From positions 256,001 through 320,000 of the forward strand of contig CAVZMH010000022.1 of assembly GCA_963776345.1 (NCBI GenBank): DNA of 64,000 nucleotides. Direction: 5' to 3'. The stretch's first letter is position 1. Each line of letters starts with the position of its first letter. Of the stretch, positions 1-10,302 are shown piece after piece. Both the position numbers and the translations under genes were made by a program. The notes beneath the pieces were generated by a model. The model did no database searches and was not told the origin of the DNA. It saw only the letters and a list, made by a program, of their open reading frames with translations. The stretch is from an uncultured delta proteobacterium. GTDB taxonomy: Bacteria; Myxococcota; Myxococcia; Myxococcales; Myxococcaceae.

Positions 1-131
1 TCGATCCGGATGGCAGCCGGAACGCGATCACTTTCTCCGGCCTCAAGATGAACGTGGGCCTGCCGAAGGACACCTTCCAGCTCACGCCTCCCCCGGGCAC
101 GCAGATCATCGACACCACCGCGGCCCGGTGA
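1..131 (+). CDS. lolA: Outer-membrane lipoprotein carrier LolA family protein, C-terminal fragment (5' end outside window)
   Basis: Frame from nt 3 reads DPDGSRNAITFSGLKMNVGLPKDTFQLTPPPGTQIIDTTAAR*, a typical LolA C-terminus (N..F....N......F.F.PP.G..II). Its TGA overlaps the next GTG start. Confidence 0.75.
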   Translation, partial: DPDGSRNAITFSGLKMNVGLPKDTFQLTPPPGTQIIDTTAAR

Positions 132-1018
132 GGCGAGCCGGGGGACTCTGCGCGCTCCTGGCGCTCGTGGTGGGGGCGGGCTGCGCCCACGGCGGCTCCG
201 CGGGCGCGGGGCCGACGGTGAAGCTCGCCCTGCGGTCCGGCCCGGGGCTCCCGGTCGAGGGGACCGTCGGTGGCGCGAGCGCGGACATCCGGCTGGCGCT
301 CGAGGAGCCGCGGTCGCTGCTCTCGGCACGTTGCCTCGGGACCACCCCCTCGACCGAGGTGCAGGTCCGGCGGCCGTTGCTCCAGGGCGGATGGGAGACG
401 GTGCCGGAGATTCCCCTCACCGGGGTGACCCTCGGCTCGCATCCGCTCCCACCCTTCCGGGCGGCGGTGGTCCCCGAGTCGAGCTGCATCCTCTGGCTCG
501 GGCTGGACGTGCTCGGGCGGTCGGTGCTGGACGTGGACCTGGACGCCCGCACGGTCCTGGTCAGCCGTGCGGCCCCGGAGCTTCCGGCGAGCCTCGAGCA
601 GACCCAGGTGGAGGTCACCCGCGCGCCCGACACCGACCGCCTGCTCGCCGCGGTGCAGCTGACCGGCACCGCGGCCACCGTGCTGCAGACGCTGGTCCTC
701 GCCACGGGCCGCTCGACGGAGCTCGCCCGGCTCCAGGCCCGCCTGCTCGGGGCGGAGAGCGTCCTGCGCGCAGTGCAGCTCGCCCCGGGATGGGAGGCCT
801 GCGACGTTCCGGTCCGCAACCGGACCGACTGGACGCGCACGCCCGCCATCGGCGCGCTCGGGCCGGAGGGGTGGGGCGCGCAGCGGGTGATCATCGACCT
901 CGCGAACGCCCGGATGACGCTGGTCCGTCCGAAGGGCGCTCCGGCGCCGCCGTGCAGGCGGACGGAGGATGCGGCCACCGGGGCCGCACCCGGAGCGGGC
1001 GAGCGCGAGCCGCGCTGA
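128..1018 (+). CDS. Lipoprotein with degenerate retropepsin/aspartyl-protease-like domains
   Basis: Lipobox VGAGC. LGLDVLGRSVLDVDLDARTV and LGPEGWGAQRVIIDLANARMTL resemble the C-terminal motifs of retropepsin-like domains. No intact DTG motif. GTGA-coupled to lolA. Confidence 0.55.
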   Translation: MRRAGGLCALLALVVGAGCAHGGSAGAGPTVKLALRSGPGLPVEGTVGGASADIRLALEEPRSLLSARCLGTTPSTEVQVRRPLLQGGWETVPEIPLTGVTLGSHPLPPFRAAVVPESSCILWLGLDVLGRSVLDVDLDARTVLVSRAAPELPASLEQTQVEVTRAPDTDRLLAAVQLTGTAATVLQTLVLATGRSTELARLQARLLGAESVLRAVQLAPGWEACDVPVRNRTDWTRTPAIGALGPEGWGAQRVIIDLANARMTLVRPKGAPAPPCRRTEDAATGAAPGAGEREPR

Positions 1019-1042
1019 CCCCAGGCCCCGCCCAGCGGAGGC

Positions 1043-2407
1043 TCAGGCCGTCGCGAGCGTCTTGCGCTCGGGCCGGTCCACCACCCGGCCCACCAGGTCG
1101 TAGTCGTGGGCCTCGGTCACCTCGACCGTCACGAACTCGCCCGGGTAGCCGAACCCGTCGTTGATGTAGACCACCCCGTCGATGTCCGGCGCCTGGCCCT
1201 CGTGGCGGCCGACCAGCAGATGCTCCGACTCCGGGCTCGGGCCCTCCACCAGCACCTCCAGCCGCTTGCCGATCAGCGCGCGGTTCTGCTCGCGGTTGAT
1301 CCGCTTCTGGACGGCCATGATCTCCCGCCACCGCCGCTCGATGACCTTCGGCGGCACCTTGTCCGGGAAGTCGTAGGCCGCGGTGCCTTCCTCGTCCGAG
1401 TACTGGAAGCAGCCCATCCGCTCGAAGCGCTGGGTGCGGACGAACTCCTTGAGGAGCTCGAAGTCCTCCTCGGTCTCGCCCGGTAGCCCGGCGATCAGCG
1501 AGGTGCGGAAGGTCAGCCCCGGGATGCGCGCCCGGAGCTTGGCCAGGAGCGCGACCAGGAAGGCGCTTTCGCGCCCGCGGCGCATCGAGCGCAGCAGCCG
1601 GTCCGAGGCGTGCTGGAGCGGCATGTCCAGGTACTTGGCGATCTTCGGCTCGCGGGCCATCACCTCGATCAGCGCGTCGGGGAACACCCGCGGGTAGGCG
1701 TAGTGCAGGCGGATCCACCGCACGTCCACCGTGCACAGCGCCTCGAGCAGCGTGTGCAGCTGCGGGCGCCCGGGCAGATCGTGCCCGTACGCGGTCAGGT
1801 CCTGGGCCACAAGATTCAGCTCGCGGACGCCGCTCGCCGCCAGGGTCCGGGCCTCGGCGACCAGATCCTCGATGGGGCGGGACCGCTGCGCGCCGCGGAG
1901 GGTGGGGATGATGCAGAAGGCGCAGGCGTTGTCACAGCCCTCGGAGATCTTGAGGTACGCGGTCCACCTCGGGCTGGAGTTGACCTTCGGCGTCCGGGCG
2001 TCGTGGACGTAGTGCGGATCGGGGATGACCTGCCGGGGCGCGGCCTCGGCGGCGAGCAGGTCGCCGATCTGCACGTAGGCGCCGGTCCCGAGGAAGTGGT
2101 CGACCTCGGGCATCTCCTTCGCCAGCTCGGGGCCGTACCGCTGCGACAGGCACCCGGTGACCACCAGGGTGCTGCACCGGCCGGTCTTCTTGTACTCGGC
2201 CAGCTCGAGGATGGTGTCGACCGACTCCTGCTTGGCCGGGCCGATGAACGCGCAGGTGTTCACCACGATGACCGAGGCCTCGGCCGGGCTCTCCACCAGG
2301 GTGTAGCCGCGGGCGCCCAGCGTCCCCAGCATCACCTCCGAGTCCACCCGGTTCTTCGGGCAGCCCAGGGTGGCCATGTACAGCGCCTTGTTCTCGTGTG
2401 TGCTCAC
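1043..2407 (-). CDS. rimO: Ribosomal protein S12 methylthiotransferase RimO
   Basis: [18 protein letters not shown], radical-SAM motif CDNACAFC, C-terminal TRAM domain ([10 protein letters not shown]). Confidence 0.96.
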   Translation of the reverse strand: MSTHENKALYMATLGCPKNRVDSEVMLGTLGARGYTLVESPAEASVIVVNTCAFIGPAKQESVDTILELAEYKKTGRCSTLVVTGCLSQRYGPELAKEMPEVDHFLGTGAYVQIGDLLAAEAAPRQVIPDPHYVHDARTPKVNSSPRWTAYLKISEGCDNACAFCIIPTLRGAQRSRPIEDLVAEARTLAASGVRELNLVAQDLTAYGHDLPGRPQLHTLLEALCTVDVRWIRLHYAYPRVFPDALIEVMAREPKIAKYLDMPLQHASDRLLRSMRRGRESAFLVALLAKLRARIPGLTFRTSLIAGLPGETEEDFELLKEFVRTQRFERMGCFQYSDEEGTAAYDFPDKVPPKVIERRWREIMAVQKRINREQNRALIGKRLEVLVEGPSPESEHLLVGRHEGQAPDIDGVVYINDGFGYPGEFVTVEVTEAHDYDLVGRVVDRPERKTLATA

Positions 2408-3531
2408 AGAAGTCCGTACTCGACGCGTTCGAAGTGGTCCCGGTCCCAGGTGAAGCGGACCGTGGCGCCGCTGGAATAACCGACCGAGAGCTCGCCGTCC
2501 TCACCGAGTGACACCGACAGCGCCCTGCCCAGGGCGCAGCTCATCGCCGGCCAGTCCAGCACCCGTTCCCCCACCCGGCCCCGGACCCAGAACACCGCCA
2601 GCCGCATCTCCCGCTCCGGGGCGCAGCTCTCGTCCTGGACGAACGGATCCTGGCCGGTGAGGACCGCGAGCAGCGACTTGCCGTCCGGGAGCTGCATGCG
2701 CGAGGGCACGTAGACCCGCTCCGCGACCGGGTCCACCGGGGCGTCCGAGACCAGCACCCGGAGCGATTGCTCGTTCAGCGGCCGGTCGCCCAGGACCCAC
2801 TTCGGGTCCACCTGGCCGTTGTAGCCCACCCAGCCGCCCGGACGGCCCTCGACGGTCTGCACCTCGGCCGGCGGGCGGGGGTGGAGCCCCCGCCGGAATC
2901 CGGCCGGCAGCGCCAGCAGCTCGGGCGGCGGCGCGCCGGTGACGCAGGTGGAGATCTCCTTCGCCGCCTGCGCGGGGTCGTCGACGTCCTCGTAGGAGAG
3001 GCACAGCTCCAGCACCAGCGCGTCACGGGCGGGGAACCGGGGCAGTGCCCGCGCCGGAATCGCCACCTCCAGCGACATCCCCCTGCGCGTGTGGTGCACC
3101 GCGGCGTCGACCAGGGCCAGCGTCCCGGCGCTCACCCCGTCCTCCGGGCGCGGGTCCAGCTTCCCCCCGGGGCCGAAGCGGAAGACCGAGCCTCCGGCGG
3201 TGACGCCGGCCTCGGGGAAGTGCAGCGCCAGGCTCACCCGGTCACGGTCGGTGATGGCCTCGTCCTGCACCTCGAGCGCGACGTAGAGGGTGTCCCGGAA
3301 CGCGCCCAGCCGGGCGGTGACGCTGGCGCTCGGGCCCTCCAGCGGCTTGCCGGTCAGCGGCACCCCACCACGAAAGTCTCCCAGCTTCCCGTCCACCTTG
3401 GGGCTCCGGGCGAGCTCGGGGACGGAGCGTGGGGGAGGTGGCTCGTCGGGGGCAGCGAGCAGGAGCGTGCTGAGGAGGAACGGCAGCATCGGGAGAGCCA
3501 CGGACCCGGGTGGCCAGGGCGCGGGGGTCAT
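2404..3531 (-). CDS. Secreted hypothetical protein with N-terminal CBM9/DOMON-like domain
   Basis: Hydrophobic N-terminus. [10 protein letters not shown]...LYVALEVQD...LEVAIP pattern of CBM9-like domains. Overlaps the rimO start (ATGA). Start uncertain. Confidence 0.55.
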   Translation of the reverse strand: MTPAPWPPGSVALPMLPFLLSTLLLAAPDEPPPPRSVPELARSPKVDGKLGDFRGGVPLTGKPLEGPSASVTARLGAFRDTLYVALEVQDEAITDRDRVSLALHFPEAGVTAGGSVFRFGPGGKLDPRPEDGVSAGTLALVDAAVHHTRRGMSLEVAIPARALPRFPARDALVLELCLSYEDVDDPAQAAKEISTCVTGAPPPELLALPAGFRRGLHPRPPAEVQTVEGRPGGWVGYNGQVDPKWVLGDRPLNEQSLRVLVSDAPVDPVAERVYVPSRMQLPDGKSLLAVLTGQDPFVQDESCAPEREMRLAVFWVRGRVGERVLDWPAMSCALGRALSVSLGEDGELSVGYSSGATVRFTWDRDHFERVEYGLL

Positions 3532-3633
3532 ACCAGAGCGGGCCTCCCGGGTGGTCTCCGGCCTGCCCGGCGAGGTGCTTGGCCGGCCGCCGGCCGGGGG
3601 TTGTCCACACCCTGGGGCGCTCGGTTTCCGCCA

Positions 3634-5277
3634 TCAGACCCGGACGAGGATCGGGAGGATCAGCGGCCGGCGGGCCGCCCGCTCCCGGAACACCTGCCGG
3701 GTCACGCGGACCAGCGCCTCGCGGAGGAACGCATCGTCCCGGCGCACCGCGGGGCTCAGCTCCTCCAGGAGGGGAACGAGGTCGAGGGCCGCCGACTCGA
3801 GCACCCGTTCCTCGTCGCGGGTCAGCCCCCGTCCAACGAGCTGGGGCAGCCCGAGGTACGCCCCGGTGTCGCGCGAGACGGTCACCGCCACCGCCACCAC
3901 GCCGCTCCGGGCGAGCCGGTTCCGCGCCGAGAGCGACTCGGGCGCGATGTCGCCACCCCCGGCCCGGCTCTCGAAGATCCGCCCCACGTGCGCCTTGCCC
4001 CAGAACGCGCCCTGGCCGCGGGAGAATCCGAGCACGTCGCCGTCCCGGGCGAGGAAGCACTGCTCGGCGGCCAGCCCCGCGCTGTGGGCGAGTTCCAGGT
4101 GCGCGGTGAGCTGGCGGAGCTCGCCGTGGATGGGGACGAAGTGCCGGGGACGCACTGCCTCCAGCATCCGCCGCTGCTGCGCCCGCGCCGCGTGCCCGGA
4201 CACGTGCAGCCCGGGCTCGATGCCGGCGTGGAGCACCCGGGCGCCCGCGGCGAGCATCGCGTTGATGAGGACGCTCACCGCCCGCTCGTTGCCGGGGATG
4301 GGGCGCGAGCTGAGGAGCACCGTGTCGCCCCGCTCGATGCGCAGCCTCTCGGCCTCGGGCTGGAGGAGCTGGGACAGCGCCGCCCGCGGCTCGCCCTGCG
4401 CGCCGGTGGCGAGGATGCACACGTGGTGGGGGAGGAGCCCGTCCGCCTCCTCCACCGAGCAGAGCAGGCCCTCCGGCACCTCCAGCCGTCCCGCCCGGCG
4501 GGCGGCCTCCACGTTCCGCTCCAGGCTCCGGCCGGCGAGCACCAGCCGGCGACCGGTGCGGTGACAGATGTGGATGACTTGCTGCACCCGGTGCAGGTGC
4601 GAGGCGAAGAGGCCCACCAGCACCCGGCCACCGGCCTGTGGAATCAGCCGCTCCAGCGTCTCGGCGACGACCCGCTCGGGCGGGGTCTCACCCTCCACCT
4701 CGGCGTTGGTCGAGTCGCTCAGGAGGCACAGCGCCTCGCCCTCGGCGAGCGCCTCCAGCCGGTCGAGGTCGGTGGGCCGCCCGTCGAGCGGGGTCTGGTC
4801 GAGCTTGAAGTCCCCGGTGTGCACCAGGGTTCCCTCGGGCGTGCGGAGCAGGAAGCCCACCGCGTCGGGGATGGAGTGGGCGACCCGGAACGCTTCCACC
4901 TCGAAGGCCGGGGTCGGGTGGAAGGGCTCGCCGGGGAGGATCTCCCGCAGGTCGGCGTGCACCTCCATCTGGTCGAGGCGCTCGGCCACCAGGGCCAGGG
5001 TGAGCCGGGTGCCGTAGACCGGGACCAGGCGCTCGCGGAGCAGGAAGGGCAGCGCGCCGATGTGGTCCTCGTGGGCGTGGGTGAGGAGCACCGCGCCGAG
5101 CTGCGCCGCCGCGTCCCGGAGGTAGCTGAAGTCCGGGATGATCAGCTCCACCCCGGGCAGCTCGGGCGGGGGGAAGAGCAGACCGGCGTCGACGAGCAGC
5201 AGCTCGTTCTGGCACTCGAAGACCATCGAGTTCAGGCCGATCTCGCCTAGTCCGCCGAGGGGAATGACGCGCAGCAC
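3634..5277 (-). CDS. rnj: Ribonuclease J
   Basis: IPLGGLGEIGLN, THAHEDHIG, HTGDFK, GAQGEP, HVSGHA and PIHGE motifs. Confidence 0.95.
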   Translation of the reverse strand: MLRVIPLGGLGEIGLNSMVFECQNELLLVDAGLLFPPPELPGVELIIPDFSYLRDAAAQLGAVLLTHAHEDHIGALPFLLRERLVPVYGTRLTLALVAERLDQMEVHADLREILPGEPFHPTPAFEVEAFRVAHSIPDAVGFLLRTPEGTLVHTGDFKLDQTPLDGRPTDLDRLEALAEGEALCLLSDSTNAEVEGETPPERVVAETLERLIPQAGGRVLVGLFASHLHRVQQVIHICHRTGRRLVLAGRSLERNVEAARRAGRLEVPEGLLCSVEEADGLLPHHVCILATGAQGEPRAALSQLLQPEAERLRIERGDTVLLSSRPIPGNERAVSVLINAMLAAGARVLHAGIEPGLHVSGHAARAQQRRMLEAVRPRHFVPIHGELRQLTAHLELAHSAGLAAEQCFLARDGDVLGFSRGQGAFWGKAHVGRIFESRAGGGDIAPESLSARNRLARSGVVAVAVTVSRDTGAYLGLPQLVGRGLTRDEERVLESAALDLVPLLEELSPAVRRDDAFLREALVRVTRQVFRERAARRPLILPILVRV

Positions 5278-5281
5278 GGGG

Positions 5282-8200
5282 TCAGCCGGTCGGCCCGAGG
5301 TACCGGTCCAGCCAGTCGAGGACCTCCTGGGTCAGCACGTCGTTCGGCGGCACGTGGCCGGCCTCGAGGACCAGGTGGCGCTTGTCCTTCCCTGGCGTGG
5401 CGAGCAGCTTGAACATCGGAACCTGCGTCTCCTCGACGGGGAAGAAGAAGTCGTACCGGCCATTCACCATCAGCACGGGCTGATGGACCAGGCCGAGGAA
5501 GTTGAAGGGGTCCGCCTCGGGCAGGCACTCCTGCGACTCCAGCCCGCCGCCCACCCACAGGCCGACCTTGATCCGGTCCTCCACCGCCATCATCACCGGT
5601 CCGAGGAACGCCCCCCAGCTCGCGCCGTAGAAGGCGAGGCGCTTCGCGTCGAGGTCCTTGCGCGTCTCGGCCCAGTCGATGCTGCGGCCGAGGTCTCTCG
5701 ACCACATGATGACGTGGTCCCGGTAAAACGCCGTGGGCGCCTGGTAGTCCGAGTCGAGCGCATCTCCACGCTCGAAGGTGGACTTGAAGACCGGGTACAG
5801 CACCGCGCGCCCGCTCCGGAGGATCGGGGACAGCAGGCGCATCCCGGGCAGGTCCGTGCTCGAGCGCTGGTGGATGGCGTTCGAGCCGGGGAAGAACACC
5901 ACCAGCGGGTACGGAGGTCGCCCGGCGCGTGGGGTCAGGAGGTACGCGGTGACGCGCTCGCCTCCGTAGGCCGCGGTGAAGCTGACCTTCTCCTTTCTCC
6001 AGCGGTCCGAGCTGTCGTCGGTCTCCTCGGTCCGGGCGTCGAGCGGCGCCCGGTCGTAGGCGTAGAGCCGTCGGTACGCCCGGGCGACCTCGGGCTGCAC
6101 CGGCTTCTCCTGGTCGTAGTCGCGGTGGGCGAGCGGGATGACTGCGGAGGCCTCGGGCGCGGTCCGGTCGTCGAGCGGCTTCACCAGCCGGAATCCGAAG
6201 GCGGCTCCCCGGGTGAACGGATCCTGCGCGTCGGCGTCGTTGAACATGTACGACGGCTCGTTCCAGCCGCCGCCCAGGATGAACCGCCGACCGTCCTTCA
6301 CCGCGTTCCGGCACCACTCCTTGGCGTTGCCAGCCATGTCGTGGGTGCCGTAGGGGCCGATGGCCGCGAGGGTCGCCACCGGCACGGTTCCGGCGTTGCG
6401 GAAGTTGCTCGCCGGGACGATCTGCGGGGCCGCGTACGTGCCCGCGGCGTGGGTCCACTGGTACGTGCTGGGGAGCTCCTCGCCGACGAACGCGGCGTAG
6501 GCCGCCGCCTCGTACCAGCTCACGCCGGTGACCGGATGGTCCCCCTGCCCCTCGGGATAGTCCCCGAGCTCCCAGGTCGCCGGACCTGGCCGGCCCGTGC
6601 GGTCGTGGAACAGGGCCATCGCCTGCTCCCAGCCGAGGGTTCGTCCGGCGTGAACGAACGGCTCCTTCCAGAGCTCACGACGCCGGTAGCCGCCGGCATC
6701 GACGAAGCGCTTGAACTGGCGGTTCGTCACCTCGGTGCGATCGATGAGGTAGTCGCCCAGGACGACCTCCGGGAGGTGGTCGAGCCCCGGAATGGGGAGT
6801 CCCACGCTTCCGCCCGGGACGTGCACCATGTCCGGAGGGATGGTTCCCGTTCGGTCCAGGGCCAGCTTCAGCGTCACCTCGGGGCCCGCGTAGACCGACG
6901 GGTAGGCGCGGATCACCGTCTCGTGGCCGGGCAGGGCGATGCGCCAGAGGTGGAGCCCGAAGGGAAGCCGGAAGGCCCGGAGCGGGGTGATCCCCAGCCG
7001 CCGCCACGCGCCGTCGGGAGCGCCGTACCGCTTCACCTCGACGGTCGCGCCGGGCGGGCTGGTCTCGACCGTGTAGAGCCGGGACATCTCGGGGAGCAGC
7101 TTCTTGAGCTTCGGGTCTCCGGGGAGGATGTCTTGGAGTTGCTCGGCCAGGGCCATGGCCTCGGGGTACTTGTTCAGCTCGACCAGCTCGACCAGCTTCG
7201 GGAACGCCACGTCACGCGCCCAGCGCACCCGCGCCTCCCGGCGAACGTAGAGCGAGCCGAGGACCGCCACTGCGGCGAGCGCCAGCACGGCGCCGGCGAC
7301 CAGCCCGGCCCTCCGCACCGGGTGCCTGGGCGGGGCGAGCAGGGCCGTGCGCACCTCCCCTGCGCTCCGGAAGCGGCGCTCCGGCTCCCGAGCCAGGCAG
7401 CGGACGATGATCTCGCTCCAGCGCCGGTCGAGGCCGGGAAGCACGGTGTGCGGTGCGCGCGGCGTCTCCTGGATGCGCTTCGCGGCGGCGGCCAGGGGCG
7501 TGTCGCCGGTGAAGGGCAGCTCGCCGGTCACCATCTCGTACATCACCACGCCGAGCGCGAAGATGTCGGTGCTCGGCGTGATGGCGCCGCCGGTCACCTG
7601 CTCGGGCGCCATGTACTCCGGAGTGCCGATCATCCCGGCGCCGCCGGTGAGCGCGGGCTCCGCTCCCGGCCCGGTCTCGAGCGGCCGGGCGATGCCGAAG
7701 TCGGTGATCACCGCGCGCGTCGATCCGGACTCTGCGGCCGGGCCGCGCCGCTGGACCAGCAGGACGTTGCTGCTCTTGAAGTCCCGGTGGACCACGCCCT
7801 CCGCATGGGCCGCGGCGAGCCCGTCGCACATCTGCAGCACCAGCGGCAGCGCCTCGGCCGTGGTCATCCGCCCCCGCTCGCGGAGGCGCTGGGCGAGGGT
7901 CTCGCCCTCGAGAAGCTCCATGGTGAGGAAGTGGACCGGGACTCCCTCGGCGGTGCGGGCGTCGTAGAACTCGTAGACGTGACAGACGTTGGGGTGGCCC
8001 ACCCGCCGGGCCAGCAGCACCTCGCGCCGGAAGCGCTCCAGGGCCGAGGAGTCGGCCAGGAGCTCGCTGCGGATGATCTTCAGGGCCACCCGGGACCGGA
8101 GGCTCAGGTCCTCGGCCTCGTACACCGCCCCCATGCCGCCACGGGCGATGAACCGGACGATCGAGAAGCGACCCGCGAGCAGCTCCTCGGGGCGCAGCCG

Positions 8201-8359
8201 GGGGAGGTCCGGATCCGCCTCGCCGCGGGAGGCGAGCGAGGGCGCGAGATCCTGCGTGCGCTCGTCGGGGGGGCGGCGGACGAAGGTGGCTCCGGGCTCG
8301 TCGCCAGGTGACTCCGACGGACCGGTCCCCTCCTCGGGAGCGCCCGGCTTGCCGCTCAT
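5282..8359 (-). CDS. Ser/Thr protein kinase fused to PEGA-like, FGE-sulfatase (SUMF1) and alpha/beta-hydrolase domains
   Basis: Kinase motifs GGMGAVY, VALK, HRDFKSSN, DFG, GTPEYMAPE; TM helix; FGE motifs EVTNRQF, HPVTGVSWYEA, DMAGNAKEW, GFR; hydrolase motifs GASWG, NGRYD, AGH. Confidence 0.9.
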   Translation of the reverse strand: MSGKPGAPEEGTGPSESPGDEPGATFVRRPPDERTQDLAPSLASRGEADPDLPRLRPEELLAGRFSIVRFIARGGMGAVYEAEDLSLRSRVALKIIRSELLADSSALERFRREVLLARRVGHPNVCHVYEFYDARTAEGVPVHFLTMELLEGETLAQRLRERGRMTTAEALPLVLQMCDGLAAAHAEGVVHRDFKSSNVLLVQRRGPAAESGSTRAVITDFGIARPLETGPGAEPALTGGAGMIGTPEYMAPEQVTGGAITPSTDIFALGVVMYEMVTGELPFTGDTPLAAAAKRIQETPRAPHTVLPGLDRRWSEIIVRCLAREPERRFRSAGEVRTALLAPPRHPVRRAGLVAGAVLALAAVAVLGSLYVRREARVRWARDVAFPKLVELVELNKYPEAMALAEQLQDILPGDPKLKKLLPEMSRLYTVETSPPGATVEVKRYGAPDGAWRRLGITPLRAFRLPFGLHLWRIALPGHETVIRAYPSVYAGPEVTLKLALDRTGTIPPDMVHVPGGSVGLPIPGLDHLPEVVLGDYLIDRTEVTNRQFKRFVDAGGYRRRELWKEPFVHAGRTLGWEQAMALFHDRTGRPGPATWELGDYPEGQGDHPVTGVSWYEAAAYAAFVGEELPSTYQWTHAAGTYAAPQIVPASNFRNAGTVPVATLAAIGPYGTHDMAGNAKEWCRNAVKDGRRFILGGGWNEPSYMFNDADAQDPFTRGAAFGFRLVKPLDDRTAPEASAVIPLAHRDYDQEKPVQPEVARAYRRLYAYDRAPLDARTEETDDSSDRWRKEKVSFTAAYGGERVTAYLLTPRAGRPPYPLVVFFPGSNAIHQRSSTDLPGMRLLSPILRSGRAVLYPVFKSTFERGDALDSDYQAPTAFYRDHVIMWSRDLGRSIDWAETRKDLDAKRLAFYGASWGAFLGPVMMAVEDRIKVGLWVGGGLESQECLPEADPFNFLGLVHQPVLMVNGRYDFFFPVEETQVPMFKLLATPGKDKRHLVLEAGHVPPNDVLTQEVLDWLDRYLGPTG

Positions 8360-8452
8360 CGGCCTCTCCCCTTCATCGGCCGGCGAGGCTAGTCACGAAC
8401 CTCGCGACTCGGCCAGGCGCGCGGGCGGCGCCCCGGGCGGGGCGGGCGGGAC

Positions 8453-9667
8453 TCAGGGCTGACCGGCGGCCGCGGACCGGGCCGCCGCGGCGCCACTCGA
8501 TGGTGCCGTCCAGCGCGCCAGCTCGCGGGCCACCGTCAGCGCCGCCAGCGCCGCGAGCGCGCTGCCGCCGAGCAGCACGCGCGACATCTCGATCCACCGG
8601 GTCAGCCAGGCGACGACGAAGGGCGCGCCGAAGCCCAGGTACGCCCAGGCGTAGAACCAGCCCACCAGCGTCCCGCGGGTGGTGGCGTCCGCGAGCCGGC
8701 CCGCCGCCGAGAGGCCACCGACCAGGCCCAGCCCGTACGCGCTTCCGAGCAGCGCCATACAGAGGAGCACTCCCGGGACCGTGGGCGCCTGCGCCGTCCA
8801 CGCCGCCACCCCCAGCCCGAGCGTCGCCACCGCGAGCCCGGTCACCGCCGAGCGCCCGGCTCGGGCCGCCTCGAGCCGTCGCCCCAGCGACTGGATGGCC
8901 GCGCCCATGCCCAGCGTCACCCCGGTCATCAGGCCCACCAGCGCCGTGGGGTGGGGCAGCGGCCCGAAGCGCGTCGGGAGCACCACGAAGGCCACCGCCA
9001 CGCTGGCGAAGACGAACGGCGCGAGCGGCGCCACGCCCCATCGGAAGGCGCGGCGCACCTCGGGGGAGGGCGGGAGCCGCCGGGCATGGGTCCCGGGCTG
9101 GAGCGTCTCGCGCGCCGATAGCACCCCGGGCAGCGCGGCGGCCATGAGCACCAGGTGCGGCAGGTAGGGCACCACCTCAGGCCAGGGGAGCACATCGGCG
9201 ATCAGCCCGGCGGCGAGCGGCCCGAGGCAGAAGCCCGCGGTCACCGCCAGCGCCGCGCGCCGGGTGGCCAGCGCCGCCGACAGCTCCACCAGCCACGCCG
9301 AGCCCGCGCCGAAGACCACCCCCGAGACGACGCCCGCCACCACCCGTCCGATCGCCAGCGCCGGGCTCCACGCCGCGCCGGCGATCAGCACGCCGGTCGC
9401 CAGGAGCGAGAGGAAGAAGAAGGGGAGCACCACCGGACGGCGTCCGCGGGCGTCCGACGCGGCGCCTCCCGCCAGCAGCCCCGGCACCAGCCCCAGCGCG
9501 TAGCAGCCCCACAGCGCCCCGAGCACCGCGGGTCCGAACCCGAACCGCTGGCGGTACACCAGCAGCAGCGGCGTGAACTGGTTGGCGCCCCAGGCCACGG
9601 CGAACAGCGCCAGCGTGAGTCGCCGCTCGTCTCGTCCAGCGTCCATCGCGGGTCCGGTAACGGTCAT
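8453..9667 (-). CDS. MFS transporter
   Basis: Many hydrophobic helices; MFS motif A (GAASDARGRRP). Confidence 0.88.
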   Translation of the reverse strand: MTVTGPAMDAGRDERRLTLALFAVAWGANQFTPLLLVYRQRFGFGPAVLGALWGCYALGLVPGLLAGGAASDARGRRPVVLPFFFLSLLATGVLIAGAAWSPALAIGRVVAGVVSGVVFGAGSAWLVELSAALATRRAALAVTAGFCLGPLAAGLIADVLPWPEVVPYLPHLVLMAAALPGVLSARETLQPGTHARRLPPSPEVRRAFRWGVAPLAPFVFASVAVAFVVLPTRFGPLPHPTALVGLMTGVTLGMGAAIQSLGRRLEAARAGRSAVTGLAVATLGLGVAAWTAQAPTVPGVLLCMALLGSAYGLGLVGGLSAAGRLADATTRGTLVGWFYAWAYLGFGAPFVVAWLTRWIEMSRVLLGGSALAALAALTVARELARWTAPSSGAAAARSAAAGQP

Positions 9668-9772
9668 CCTCCTCCTCTGCCCGGCTCCAGCCCGGGGATG
9701 CTTCGGCCCGCGACGAAACTGTGTCGGCTGCGGCGCGCCGGCGACCCGGTGGCACCGCGCGCCCAGGGGGGC

Positions 9773-10246
9773 TCAGCCGCCCGGCGCGCCCTGGGGCTGG
9801 TCCAGCGCCTGCCGGCTGACGGCCACCACCGCCTGGCACCGCGCGCAGACCTGTCCCTGCGCGTCGAGGATGCGGGCGCTGGCGAAGAGGGTCCGCTGGC
9901 CCTCGCGGTCGATCCACGCCTCGCAGCGCACCGCGCGGCCGAACACCGCCCGCTCGAAGCTCATCGACAGCTGCACCGTGGCGCTGCGCCGGTGCGGATC
10001 CACCAGCACCACCGTGCTCCCCACGGCCAGGTCGAAGAGGCCGGCCAGCACCATGCCGTTCACCGCCGAGGTCCCCAGCCCGCCCAGGTGCTCGGCGCGG
10101 ACCTCCGGGATCTCCACCACCACCCGATCCGACTGGAACGCGACCCGCATCCCGTTGTGGCGCAGCACCTCGCTCTGGTTCCAGAGGGCGGCCAGGGCGA
10201 CGAGCTCCTCGGCAGTGGGGCGAGGCGGGGGCACGGGGGGAGTCAC
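9773..10246 (-). CDS. PaaI family (hotdog-fold) thioesterase
   Basis: AVNGMVLAGLFDLAVG and ATVQLSMSFER motifs. Confidence 0.85.
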   Translation of the reverse strand: MTPPVPPPRPTAEELVALAALWNQSEVLRHNGMRVAFQSDRVVVEIPEVRAEHLGGLGTSAVNGMVLAGLFDLAVGSTVVLVDPHRRSATVQLSMSFERAVFGRAVRCEAWIDREGQRTLFASARILDAQGQVCARCQAVVAVSRQALDQPQGAPGG

Positions 10247-10302
10247 TCTAGCGGAACGCCTGGACCCCGGGCCGCGGACTGGCCGATGCTGCCGTCCACC
10301 CC

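Noticed and set aside
6160..6850. FGE/CLec domain as a diversity-generating retroelement target
   Set aside because: No reverse transcriptase or template repeat is visible, and the domain is internal to the protein.
2767..8311. Very long plus-strand ORFs (827 aa, 1057 aa) and similar ones elsewhere, e.g. 34611..37856, 54026..58051, 58605..63107
   Set aside because: Antisense or off-frame shadows of real genes. They are Arg/Pro/Gly-rich with no motifs, as expected in high-GC DNA.
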